Both the position numbers and the translations under genes were made by a program. From Halorutilales archaeon Cl-col2-1 (GTDB taxonomy: Archaea > Halobacteriota > Halobacteria > Halobacteriales > Afararchaeaceae), in assembly GCA_041891055.1 (NCBI GenBank), contig CP169074.1:768001-832000 (forward strand): DNA of 64,000 bases, read 5' to 3'. Shown one piece after another: positions 44,476-53,943 of this stretch (positions within the stretch are counted from its first letter, which is position 1; each line of letters begins with the position of its first letter). The notes below the pieces were generated by a model that did not search any database, was not told the origin of the DNA, and worked only from the letters and a program-made list of their open reading frames with translations.

Positions 44476-47331
44476 CTATCCTCCAGCCTCCTCTAACTCA
44501 CGTATGAACTCCGAGACGGACGCGTGTCTGTCGTCGGGGTCGGATGAGAGAGCCTTCAGAAGAACCTCGTCTATCCCTTCCGGCACGTAGGGATTGACGG
44601 AAGACGGAGCCTGGGGCTCCGAGCCGAAGCCGTCACCCTCACTGTTGCCGTCCGAGACCGAGGAAGGGGGCTCCCCCGTGAATATCTCGTATCCGACCGC
44701 GCCGAGTCCGTAGACGTCGACCCTCTCATCGGTGTCGACGGTGTCGTCAGTCTGTTCGGGAGCGAGGTAGGCACGGTCGAAGACGTTGAGGTTGGGCTCG
44801 ACTCGAAAGACGGAGAGATCCCAGTCTGAGACCTTTATCTCGGGTGAGTCGCCTCGGAAACTGAGAAGAACCGACCGCGGCGACAGACGTCCGTGTACGA
44901 CTCCTTTGTCGTGGGCGTGCTCTACGCCCCTCGCCGCCATGAGTACCGTCTGGGACGCGTCCTCGACGACGAGGGGAGTCTGTCCCCTCAGGTCGCCAAC
45001 CCTCATGTCTTCGAGTGCTATCCACGGCGACGGCTCCTCGCCGAAGTCGAATACCTCGACTACATTTGGATGCCTGTCGACCGACGCCCATCTTGCCACA
45101 GCCTCCGAGACGAGATCCGTGAAGGTGTCTCCGTGGGTGTCGTACGCAGAGACGTCGAATGTCTTGAGAAGGAAATCTTCCTCAGTACCGTCTTGGGCTC
45201 TGACCTCGTCGAGATCGCCGCCCTCGTACGAGTAGACGTTCCTGACCTTCTCGAAGTCGGAGTAGTCGTGACCCATGCCCTCGAAGTCGGCGAAGGTGTC
45301 AGTGTCGGTGTCAGTCTGGTGATCCCCGTCAGCCTCGTCGCCCGTGCCCTCGTACTCGTCTAGGAGGGCTGCGTCGTCTGTCTCGGTCTCGTCATCGTTC
45401 CTTCTTCTGTCGATGACTCTCTTTAGGGCTATACCTCCAGCCCCGGCGGCTAATAGACCCGCACCGCCTCCGATTACCCCCCACGGAACCGAGTCGGTCT
45501 CGAAGGGTAACTCTCCCAAGACGGGAACCGAGTCTCTCGTTTCGGAGGTGTTCTGTGAGTCGGTCTGGTTCGTGGTGTTCGACGTGTCTCCGGTGTCCGA
45601 GACTCCGCCGTCGGGCTGTGTTACGTTTACTTTTACCGACCTGACGGCTGTGTCGTTGACTCCCGAGGCATTTAGGCTGAGACGTACTGTGTAGTTACCC
45701 GGCTCGTCGAATACACGTCGGAAGGTCGAGCCTTGGGCTGTCGAGTTATCCGAGACAGACCACGAGTAATCCGTGTCGGTCTCCGTGTCGTTCCGAGCCG
45801 TGTCGTCAGCCTCGAAGACGATCTCGTCACCCACCTCGGGGTCTTCGGGTCTGAAGCTGAAGTCGGCTGTGAGGCTCGGGACGACTTTCAGGCTTTTATC
45901 GATCGAGGCGGTTCTTCCTCCCGAGTCGACAGCCTTGAGTACGACTGTGTAGCTTCCGGGAGACGAGTAGGTGTGGCTGACTGTCTCGCCGGTCGCCGTC
46001 TCGCCGTCGCCGAACTCCCATCTGTACTCGGCTATCGCATGTGTGGCTTCTACGTCCTTGGCTTCGAACCGTACCTCCTCCGAGATCTCGGGCTGTGTGG
46101 GAGAGACGTCGACTGATCCGGCAGTTATCTCGAATACGACATCACCTGTGAGACGTCTCAGGCTTCCGTCGGTGTCACCTACGAAGACGGAGCCGTCAGT
46201 GACTACGGGGGTTGATGACGCGTCGAGGTCGTCACCGTAGCTCCAGGTGATCTCGCCTTTGAGTCTGTCGAATGCGTAGATACTCTCGACACCCGCGACT
46301 AAAAGGTAGTCGTCGGTGAGTGCGGGAGGCGATCTCACTTCTTCGTCGAGGTCGAACACCCACCGTGACTCGGGGTCTGTGTCTTCGTCCTCCGAGTCGG
46401 GAGCTTCGACAGCGTAGATCTTTCCGTCTCTCGCGACGCCGTATACATCCCCATCCGAGACGGCGAGGGAGTGGATGTACTCCGAATCGGTTCCGAAGCT
46501 CCAGAGCTTACTCCCGTCTTCCGAGAAGGCGTATATCTCACCCCCTGTGTTGGCGACATATACATTCGAGTCATCGACCGTAGGCGACGACGTGACTCCG
46601 AAGCCCGTGTAGTAGCTCCAGGCTGGCTCCCCCGATCCCGAGTCGAGACCGTAGACGTTCCCCTCCGAGTCGCCGACGTAGACGTGTGTGTCAGTCGCAG
46701 CCGGCGAGCCGGAGACTTCGCCCTCAACACTGAAGCTCCATCTGTCCTTTCCCGTCTCGGTGTAGACGGCATACAGAATACCGTTCTCAGCTCCGAAGTA
46801 GACGGTGTTTCCGACGACTGTCGGGGACGTGATGGCGTCGACGCCCACGTAGTACTCCCAGACGAAGTCACCGTTGTCGGCGTCGACTGCGTGGAGTCGG
46901 CTGTTGCCCCCGAAGTAGAGAGTTCCGTCGTCGACAGCGGGGGTCGTAAAGCTGTCACCCCTTGTCGTGTACTCCCATCTCTCAACACCGTCGTCTGTGC
47001 GGAGCGCGTAGAAGTCGGAGTCGTCGATGCCTACGTAGACGGTGTCTCCGACGACGGACGGAGACGACTTGAGGCTCCCTATGGACCCGAATCTCCAGCT
47101 CTCCGAGACGTCTGAGTCGGGAGCGGGAGCCTCTGTGTACGAGGTGTTACCCGAGTTCTTACAGAACTCTCTCCAGCCGTGCGTCTCGGTCTCCGACCCC
47201 GAGGTCTGTGCGGAGGAGAGCCTCGAAGACTCGACTCCTCCGACCCCAAGAAGACACGAAAAGACAGCTGTCCTCAGAAGACTACGTCGGCTCAGGCTTC
47301 TCTCGGATTGATCGGGGAACCAACTGTCCAT
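44476..47331 (-). CDS. Tat-exported PQQ-propeller/PKD surface protein with TM anchor and cytoplasmic Ser/Thr kinase-like domain
   Basis: SRRSLL signal; repeated SSP.V.DG.VY.G...W propeller blades; two PKD units (WEFGDG, H.Y..PG.YTV.L); TM WGVIGGGAGLLAAGAGGIAL-KR; kinase HPNVV, YLAPEQ, DVYGLG. Confidence 0.85.
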   Translation of the reverse strand: MDSWFPDQSERSLSRRSLLRTAVFSCLLGVGGVESSRLSSAQTSGSETETHGWREFCKNSGNTSYTEAPAPDSDVSESWRFGSIGSLKSSPSVVGDTVYVGIDDSDFYALRTDDGVERWEYTTRGDSFTTPAVDDGTLYFGGNSRLHAVDADNGDFVWEYYVGVDAITSPTVVGNTVYFGAENGILYAVYTETGKDRWSFSVEGEVSGSPAATDTHVYVGDSEGNVYGLDSGSGEPAWSYYTGFGVTSSPTVDDSNVYVANTGGEIYAFSEDGSKLWSFGTDSEYIHSLAVSDGDVYGVARDGKIYAVEAPDSEDEDTDPESRWVFDLDEEVRSPPALTDDYLLVAGVESIYAFDRLKGEITWSYGDDLDASSTPVVTDGSVFVGDTDGSLRRLTGDVVFEITAGSVDVSPTQPEISEEVRFEAKDVEATHAIAEYRWEFGDGETATGETVSHTYSSPGSYTVVLKAVDSGGRTASIDKSLKVVPSLTADFSFRPEDPEVGDEIVFEADDTARNDTETDTDYSWSVSDNSTAQGSTFRRVFDEPGNYTVRLSLNASGVNDTAVRSVKVNVTQPDGGVSDTGDTSNTTNQTDSQNTSETRDSVPVLGELPFETDSVPWGVIGGGAGLLAAGAGGIALKRVIDRRRNDDETETDDAALLDEYEGTGDEADGDHQTDTDTDTFADFEGMGHDYSDFEKVRNVYSYEGGDLDEVRAQDGTEEDFLLKTFDVSAYDTHGDTFTDLVSEAVARWASVDRHPNVVEVFDFGEEPSPWIALEDMRVGDLRGQTPLVVEDASQTVLMAARGVEHAHDKGVVHGRLSPRSVLLSFRGDSPEIKVSDWDLSVFRVEPNLNVFDRAYLAPEQTDDTVDTDERVDVYGLGAVGYEIFTGEPPSSVSDGNSEGDGFGSEPQAPSSVNPYVPEGIDEVLLKALSSDPDDRHASVSEFIRELEEAGG

Positions 47332-47377
47332 CGAGTACAGAGGTATAGAGATTAGTATCTAATATTACTGTCGGGCT

Positions 47378-48136
47378 CTATCCGGTTACACGGCTCGCCT
47401 CGTCCTCAAAGTCGTCTATGAGGCTGTTAGCCCAGTCAACTGACGAATCCGCCTCCGACCTCACCATGACCTCGGTGTAGCCGTTCCCGACTGACAGAAC
47501 CACTTCGCGGCTATCGAAGACTGCGACGTTGAAAGGAATGTCTCCGTGTTTTCTAAGCTCACATCTCTCGTGTTCGGCGGCTTTCCGGAGTAAGTCGAGT
47601 CTCATCTCCCTCACAGTCCTGACTAGATCGTCCGACATCACAACCTCTGCACGTATGCTCCTCTCCGAGAGCCTCGAGTAGACGTTTCTGAGACGCATAG
47701 GAGTCACAGTTCCGACTATGCCACGGTAGGTGTCGGAGTCGTCGAGAATCGAGATGAACTCCTCCTCCAGAACACCTGGGAGTTCGGGCTCCCCCTTCTC
47801 GACTTCGACCTGCTTGAGACGCTGTATGTCGAGGTACTCGGTGCTACTCTGAGGTATACGTCGGAGGAACGGACGGAGTCTGTCGACGGTCTCACAGCTA
47901 CTGACGCATCTCTCGAATATGTCTAGGTGGACGCCCCCGACGGAAGTCAGCCTCCATCTCCCGTCATGTTTCTCTATCCATCCCTTCTGACGGAGCCTGT
48001 CGAGATTGTTACGTATCCCCTGCTTCGTGTTGGATATGGCAGAGCTTAGGTCGTCGGTGCTATGTGGCTTTTCGTCGAGCTGTGTTAGTATCTCCTGTCT
48101 TATCGTAGAAGAAGTGAGAAACTCAAGACTGTCCAT
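47378..48136 (-). CDS. Winged-helix transcriptional regulator (ArsR-like HTH + FilR1-like domain)
   Basis: LEFLTSS..R.EIL..L...L.RL...GWI......WRLT..G; W....F C-terminus; ATG at 48136. Confidence 0.8.
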   Translation of the reverse strand: MDSLEFLTSSTIRQEILTQLDEKPHSTDDLSSAISNTKQGIRNNLDRLRQKGWIEKHDGRWRLTSVGGVHLDIFERCVSSCETVDRLRPFLRRIPQSSTEYLDIQRLKQVEVEKGEPELPGVLEEEFISILDDSDTYRGIVGTVTPMRLRNVYSRLSERSIRAEVVMSDDLVRTVREMRLDLLRKAAEHERCELRKHGDIPFNVAVFDSREVVLSVGNGYTEVMVRSEADSSVDWANSLIDDFEDEASRVTG

Positions 48137-48458
48137 CCTGTATATTTGAGCCGGGGCTTTGCCTAAAAATCCTTCGAACCACACAAAAATCTTGCAATAT
48201 CTGTTATTTATTTCCGGATATATTCTTTGTTAAATCCATTATTATGAGAGGGATTTTGGATTATACATGTTCCTTTCTATATAAAATGTAGTTTGGTATC
48301 GAGTCCTGAATTTGGATATACGGCTGAGAAAAACTGAGCATCCGGAAACAAAGTCTAACTTTGAGACTCTGAGTCAGTATAATAAAAGAAAATTTGTATT
48401 AAATTTCATATGGAAAAGATTTTAACTAACTCGTGTGTATCCAAGTCTAACTTAACGC

Positions 48459-49934
48459 ATGTGTGGTCGCGACGTACTGTACGTAGGCAGCCAGCCACCC
48501 GACTTAGTGGAAGACGACTCGGGGGTAAGAGTCGTTTCGCCCGAGGACGCAGTAGGACTCCTCAACGAAGACGGGGCTGAGGCTGTGGTCTCGGAGTTCG
48601 AGTTCCCCAACAGCCGGATGACCGGGTTAGACGTCCTCGACAATGCCTCGAATGCGTCTTCGGTGCTCTATACCTCGTTCGACGTCTCGGAGATGGGAGC
48701 CGAAGTCGTAACCGCTGACGTCGACTCGTACGTCGAAAGGGGCGGAGACTCCGCCGAGAGGCTCCTCGACGAGATCGAGAACCACGTCGAAACAGAAACG
48801 GAGAACGAGACCAAGACCGAATCGGGTTTCGACGGTTTGACTGATGTACTCAGTCTGTCGCCTGACCCTGTGATGGTGATGGGAACCGACTGCGTGATAC
48901 GTGAAGCCAACGACGAGGCGTACGATCTTCTGGGCTACACCGAAGGAAGTCTCGAAGGAGCCGATATATCCGACCTGCTTCCCGAGACGGATCTCAAGCA
49001 CAACATCGACGGCTATCTCGACAGACCGGGCTTCCAGATAATAGGGGACTACGGTGACGTAGACGTCCTCCGGGCGGACGGAACACGTCTCCCCGTCGAG
49101 ATAAGTCTCAATCCGATCTATGACAGTCAGACAGACGAAGACGCGAGTCTCGAAAGGGTTGTCGTGACACTCAAGGATGTCTCGGAGAAAAAGAGGAGAG
49201 AAGAAAGGATCGAGTCGGCTAACCAGCAGCTTAAGGTACTCAACCGGGTCTTGCGCCACGACATACGTAACGACATGAACGTCGTACGCGGTCGTGCCGA
49301 GGCATTACGCGGTGTGATCGAGGGCTCCGACTGTGGCTGTGCCGAGGACTGTCTCGAACACATAGAGCCGCTCGTAGAGACGAGTGGGAACGTGATCGAC
49401 CTGACACAGACGGCTAGGGAGTTCATAGAGTTTGTCTCGGACGGGGACGCTGACCTAGAGACTGTGAACCTGTCGGAGACAGTCGAAGTCGAGGTGAGTA
49501 ACACGAAGTCCGAGGTAGACGGTGCCGTCATAGAGGCTAAAGACGGTCTCTTAGAGGAGAACGTCTGTGTCGAGGCAGACAGAATGCTGTCCTCGGTTTT
49601 CCGTAACCTACTCAACAACGCCGTGAAACACAACGACAAGAAGACGCCTGTCGTCTCGGTGGGTCTCGAGGAGATCACAGAGGAGACCGTCTCGGTCTAC
49701 GTCGAGGACAACGGTCCAGGTATACCTCGGAGGGTTCGGGAAAGCCTCTTCGAGAAAGGCGAGAAAGGGCTAGAAAGCGGGGGGACGGGCATAGGTCTGT
49801 ACCTCGTCAAGAGACTGACCCAGAAATACGGCGGCGAAATCGATGTCAGAAACGACGGATCGGAAGGGTCTGTCTTCAGCCTGACTCTCCGGAGGACGGA
49901 CTGTGGCTCTGAGTCAGAGGATCACTCCCGGTAG
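48459..49934 (+). CDS. Hybrid sensor histidine kinase (pseudo-receiver, PAS, HisKA, HATPase)
   Basis: N-terminal REC-like VVSEFEFP..TGLDVL; PAS (RADGTRLPVEISL); RHDIRNDM; GTGIGL. Confidence 0.88.
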   Translation: MCGRDVLYVGSQPPDLVEDDSGVRVVSPEDAVGLLNEDGAEAVVSEFEFPNSRMTGLDVLDNASNASSVLYTSFDVSEMGAEVVTADVDSYVERGGDSAERLLDEIENHVETETENETKTESGFDGLTDVLSLSPDPVMVMGTDCVIREANDEAYDLLGYTEGSLEGADISDLLPETDLKHNIDGYLDRPGFQIIGDYGDVDVLRADGTRLPVEISLNPIYDSQTDEDASLERVVVTLKDVSEKKRREERIESANQQLKVLNRVLRHDIRNDMNVVRGRAEALRGVIEGSDCGCAEDCLEHIEPLVETSGNVIDLTQTAREFIEFVSDGDADLETVNLSETVEVEVSNTKSEVDGAVIEAKDGLLEENVCVEADRMLSSVFRNLLNNAVKHNDKKTPVVSVGLEEITEETVSVYVEDNGPGIPRRVRESLFEKGEKGLESGGTGIGLYLVKRLTQKYGGEIDVRNDGSEGSVFSLTLRRTDCGSESEDHSR

Positions 49935-50140
49935 TCTATCCTCGATTCGCCCGACTCCTCAGCGAGAGACGACGACTTGTATATGGCGTAGCCCGCGATC
50001 ATCATGGGTATGCCTATCACTATCCCCACTACTGTGATACTCACGAGGACTCCGAGGAAGAGAAGAACGAGTCCTCCGAAGTACTTCGCAGTCTCACTGT
50101 AGGGGCTAGATGAGTCCTCGTCTTCGCTGTTCTGTGACAT
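49922..50140 (-). CDS. Small membrane protein
   Basis: 72 aa with a hydrophobic hairpin SITVVGIVIGIPMMIAG. Confidence 0.7.
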   Translation of the reverse strand: MSQNSEDEDSSSPYSETAKYFGGLVLLFLGVLVSITVVGIVIGIPMMIAGYAIYKSSSLAEESGESRIDYRE

Positions 50141-50205
50141 ACAACGGGTTAGAGGCGGGTTAGTCTTAACTCTTCTCCGGCTCCGACGACTGTCGTCGAA
50201 GCCTG

Positions 50206-50649
50206 CTACTCTATCTCTATCGTCTTACCCTTCTCCGACTCCGCCTCGACCTTCGGAACCTCGACTGTAAGGACGCCGTTGTTGAACTTCGCGGAGACTT
50301 CTTCCTCCTCTACGAGCGCGGGAAGTCTGACCGAACGTCTCACAGACCTGCGTCTCCTCTCACGCGTGATGTAGTCGTCTTCCTCCTCCTCAGCGGACTC
50401 CTCGTGTTCGGCACTGACCGTCAGGACGCCGTCATCGAGACGCACACTGATGTCGTCCTTGTCGAAGCCCGGGAGATCAGCGGTGAGTACGTACTCGTCG
50501 TCCCTGTCGGCTAGGTCTATCTTCATCGTCTTCGTAGAGCCGGCTTCGAGAGGCGCGCCCTCGTCAGCCGGCTCCTCGGATATCTTCGAGTATCTGTCCC
50601 TCATTTCATCTATCATACTGTCGAGTTCATCGAGGATTCTTCTGTCCAT
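50206..50649 (-). CDS. Small heat-shock protein Hsp20
   Basis: DLPGFDKDDI, RERR...RSVRLP and A.FNNGVLTV.VPK; ATG at 50649. Confidence 0.93.
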   Translation of the reverse strand: MDRRILDELDSMIDEMRDRYSKISEEPADEGAPLEAGSTKTMKIDLADRDDEYVLTADLPGFDKDDISVRLDDGVLTVSAEHEESAEEEEDDYITRERRRRSVRRSVRLPALVEEEEVSAKFNNGVLTVEVPKVEAESEKGKTIEIE

Positions 50650-50762
50650 CTCTATCACCGGTTGGCGACTAAAGAGCAATAACTTAAAATCCTTTCGGTA
50701 GTTGTTCGGACGCAATGTCCCCGTCTTGCGGTTTCCTCAGTTCATTTACTTCAGGTTAAGTC

Positions 50763-52613
50763 TCAGACGCCCCAGAAGAAGTCTATTCCGACCGTTGTGA
50801 CGACTGCGAGAAGAGCCTGGAGGGGGGCACCGAGACGGAGGTAGTCGGTGAACCTGTACGAACCTGGGCTGTATACCATGAGGTTAGTCTGGTAGCCTAT
50901 CGGGGTCATGAAGGCGGCGTTCGCACCGAACATTACGCCCAGGAGAAAGGGGAACCCCTCAGAGCCGACGCGTGACGCCGCCTCGACGGCTATTGGAGCC
51001 ATGAGAACCGTGCTGGCGACGGGTGTTATGAGACTCGCTATGAGGCTCGTGAGCACATAGACAAGCCCGAGGACGCCTATGGGAGGAAGAACCTCGGCTG
51101 TGACTGCTATGAGAGACGCTATAAGCTGGTCGCCCCCCGTACGTTGCATCGCTACGCCGAGAGGGAGTATTCCGGCGAGGAGGAAGATTATCCTCCAGCT
51201 TACGGCGTCGTACGCCTGGTTCGTGTCTATACAGCCCGAGGCGACCATCACGACGACGCCCCCGAGTGCGGCTATGACTATCGGAACCAGACCTAGGGCG
51301 GCGACCCCCACCACGCCTGCCATAACGCCGAGTGCGACGGGTGTCTTCGATGAAAGAGGCACCGTCTCCTCCTCTTCCTCGACAGGCTCGTGTACTATCT
51401 CCTCGACATCGGGAAGCCGTGTTACGACTATGTCACGGCTGTCCTTGAGGAACTCAAAGGAGCCCTCGGTCGTCTGTAAGAGAAGACTGTCACCGTTTCT
51501 GATACTGAGTTCGTCGACACTCTGAACGACCTCGTCACCACGTCTCACGGCTAAGACCTTAGTGTCTAACTGTTCCTCAAGACCCGTCTCCTCGACTGTC
51601 TTTCCCACGAGACGTGATCCCTCGACCACGACCGCCTCGACGAGACGGCTCCTTCCCTCGGGCTTGTGGAGGCTCTTGGCTGTGACGTCTATCTTCCAGA
51701 GCCTTCTCAGACCGAACCTGTGGGCGAAGCTTCTCGCAGCCTCACGTCTCGCTCTCACGACGAGGACGTCTCCCGAGTCTATCCTCTGGTCGGTCGTCGC
51801 TGCGACGTAGGTCTCGGCGTCCCTACGTATCTGGAGGAGGTCTACCTCGGAGACTATCTCGGTCTCAACCTCGTCGACTGTCTTTCCGACCAGCGAAGAC
51901 TCATCGGTGACCTCGAAGATCCTTAGGCTGCCTCCGAGACCGAATGCCTCGGTGAGTGTCGCTGAGGGATCGATCCTGTCTGGTGTGAGATACCTCCCGA
52001 CCGTCAGGAGGTAGACAGCACCGACGCCGAAGACGACGACACCCAGCTTCGTGAACTCGAATACACGTATGGAACCGCGTTCGAGAAGACTACGCGTGAG
52101 GTCGCTGACGAGTATGTTGGTAGTGCTCCCGAGTACTGTGAGTGTTCCGCCGAGCATGGCAGCGTACGAAAGAGGGAGGAGAAGCTTCGAGGGTGACGTT
52201 CCTGTCTTCCTCGCTATGCCCTGCACCATGGGTATGAAGACGGCGACTATCGGAGTGTTGTTGACTATGCCGGCTGAGAGACCCGTGGCTCCGACTGTCG
52301 CGCCCAGGAGACGTATCTGGCTTCCCTCGGTCGTCCTCTCTATGTAGGAGCCCAGAATACCCACGGCTCCGGTTCTCTGGACGCCCTCGCTGAGTATGTA
52401 CATAGCCATCAGAGTTACAGTCGCCGCGCTTCCGAACCCCGAGACAGCGTCGCCAGCGCTCACACCCGTGACGGGCTCCAGGACGGCGAGTGAGACTAAG
52501 ACGCCGACAGCCGTCATGTCATTCGGAATCCACTCGGTTAGGAAGAGAAAGAGTGCGATCCCTATCAGACCGAAGACGACGAAGGTTCCTGTGGGATCCG
52601 GAGGAAGCGACAT
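50763..52613 (-). CDS. SLC13/DASS family permease with two TrkA-C domains
   Basis: NNTPIVA, GGTLTVLGSTTN, central RCK_C repeats and TPIGYQTNLMVY.PG.Y.F.DY. Confidence 0.9.
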   Translation of the reverse strand: MSLPPDPTGTFVVFGLIGIALFLFLTEWIPNDMTAVGVLVSLAVLEPVTGVSAGDAVSGFGSAATVTLMAMYILSEGVQRTGAVGILGSYIERTTEGSQIRLLGATVGATGLSAGIVNNTPIVAVFIPMVQGIARKTGTSPSKLLLPLSYAAMLGGTLTVLGSTTNILVSDLTRSLLERGSIRVFEFTKLGVVVFGVGAVYLLTVGRYLTPDRIDPSATLTEAFGLGGSLRIFEVTDESSLVGKTVDEVETEIVSEVDLLQIRRDAETYVAATTDQRIDSGDVLVVRARREAARSFAHRFGLRRLWKIDVTAKSLHKPEGRSRLVEAVVVEGSRLVGKTVEETGLEEQLDTKVLAVRRGDEVVQSVDELSIRNGDSLLLQTTEGSFEFLKDSRDIVVTRLPDVEEIVHEPVEEEEETVPLSSKTPVALGVMAGVVGVAALGLVPIVIAALGGVVVMVASGCIDTNQAYDAVSWRIIFLLAGILPLGVAMQRTGGDQLIASLIAVTAEVLPPIGVLGLVYVLTSLIASLITPVASTVLMAPIAVEAASRVGSEGFPFLLGVMFGANAAFMTPIGYQTNLMVYSPGSYRFTDYLRLGAPLQALLAVVTTVGIDFFWGV

Positions 52614-52659
52614 ATGTCTACTCTGAACTCAGATCACATATAGGCTCGCCCGCGAAGGT

Positions 52660-53943
52660 TCAGACACCCCACGGATAGGTCTCGGGCTCGTACTCCTCGG
52701 TCTCCTCCGTCCTTATTGGGTTGAGGGAGTCGGTCTCGCTGAGGAAGACGAAGTAGTCGTAACGGTTCGATAGGCTCGTCGGGACGTAGTTGCCTGCCTC
52801 CCTGCGCGGGTTGTAGACTACGCCTATCGCTCTATGTCCCCTCTCCTCGTCGAAGACGTGAGAGTCGGTGTCAAGTATGAAGTCGCCTCCCGCCTCGTAG
52901 AAGACGTCCTCGTAGCTGTCTTGTTTCGCCTTGGGAACAGCCATCTCCTTCCAGGTCTCTCCCCAGCTTGAGGAGGCAATGACGTCGCCGTGGTGAGAGC
53001 CGAATCCCACGACCTCGACGTCTTCGTCGGGATTCGTCTCACGTATAAGCTGTCCGAGGTTTATCCTGCCTCTGTCGGGCATGTCGGTAGCTCTCGCGTC
53101 GCCGACGTGTGTGTTGTGAGCCCAGATCACCGCCTTGGCGTTGGCGTCTTCGTCCTCGGAGTGGTAGTCGACGAGACGTTCGGCGGTCTCCGTCATGTGT
53201 CTGTCACGGACGTTCCACGACTCCTTTCCTCCTCTCGTGAGAGATCTGTAGTACTCCTCCGCCTTCTTGGCTACCAGGGCGTTCTGTTCGGCGTCGAAGA
53301 ACGACTCGTGGTTCCTACCTACGTACTCCGACTGTCTCTCTTCGAGATGTGAGAGTATCTCGACAACCTCGTCCTCACATGTCTCGGGAACCATCCTAAG
53401 GGAACGTGAGTACTCCCTAGCGTCCTCGGAGTAGGGCTCGAAACACGCGTACGCCTTCCTGGCTTCTTCCGCCGCCTCGGGGTCAACGTCTTCGAGGTAC
53501 TCGACTACGCGTTCCATCGAGTCGAAGAGACTGTAGACATCGAGTCCGTAGAAGCCGACGTCTGAGTCGTGTTTCGCGTTGTATCTCCTGAGCCAGTCAA
53601 CGAACTCATGGACCTCCCAGTTAGCCCACATCCACTGAGGCCAGCGTTCGAACTCCGAGACGACGTCGTAGGCGTCCTTTTGGGTCTCCCCCGTGACATA
53701 ACGGTTTATCCTGTAACAGTCGGGCCAGTCACCCTCGACCCCCACGAACGAGAATCCCTTGTCATCTATGAGCCTAGCCGTAATACGTGACCTCCAGACG
53801 TAGTACTCGGAAGTTCCGTGAGACGCCTCCCCGAGTAGGACGTAGTTAGCGTCGCCTATCTCGTCGACGAGACTGTCTATGTTAGTCTGGGTGAGTCGGA
53901 CCGAGTTCTGACGTGCCGCAGCCACGGTGTCTTCACGCGACAT
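52660..53943 (-). CDS. Erythromycin esterase family protein
   Basis: LLGEASHGTSEYY, VEGDWPD, WMWAN, WNVRDRHM, WAHNTHVGDARAT and HRAIGVVY. Confidence 0.92.
   Translation of the reverse strand: MSREDTVAAARQNSVRLTQTNIDSLVDEIGDANYVLLGEASHGTSEYYVWRSRITARLIDDKGFSFVGVEGDWPDCYRINRYVTGETQKDAYDVVSEFERWPQWMWANWEVHEFVDWLRRYNAKHDSDVGFYGLDVYSLFDSMERVVEYLEDVDPEAAEEARKAYACFEPYSEDAREYSRSLRMVPETCEDEVVEILSHLEERQSEYVGRNHESFFDAEQNALVAKKAEEYYRSLTRGGKESWNVRDRHMTETAERLVDYHSEDEDANAKAVIWAHNTHVGDARATDMPDRGRINLGQLIRETNPDEDVEVVGFGSHHGDVIASSSWGETWKEMAVPKAKQDSYEDVFYEAGGDFILDTDSHVFDEERGHRAIGVVYNPRREAGNYVPTSLSNRYDYFVFLSETDSLNPIRTEETEEYEPETYPWGV

Noticed and set aside
52660-53943. Macrolide resistance gene
   Set aside because: It belongs to the broad erythromycin-esterase-like family linked to PRTases; nothing in the sequence indicates true EreA/EreB function.
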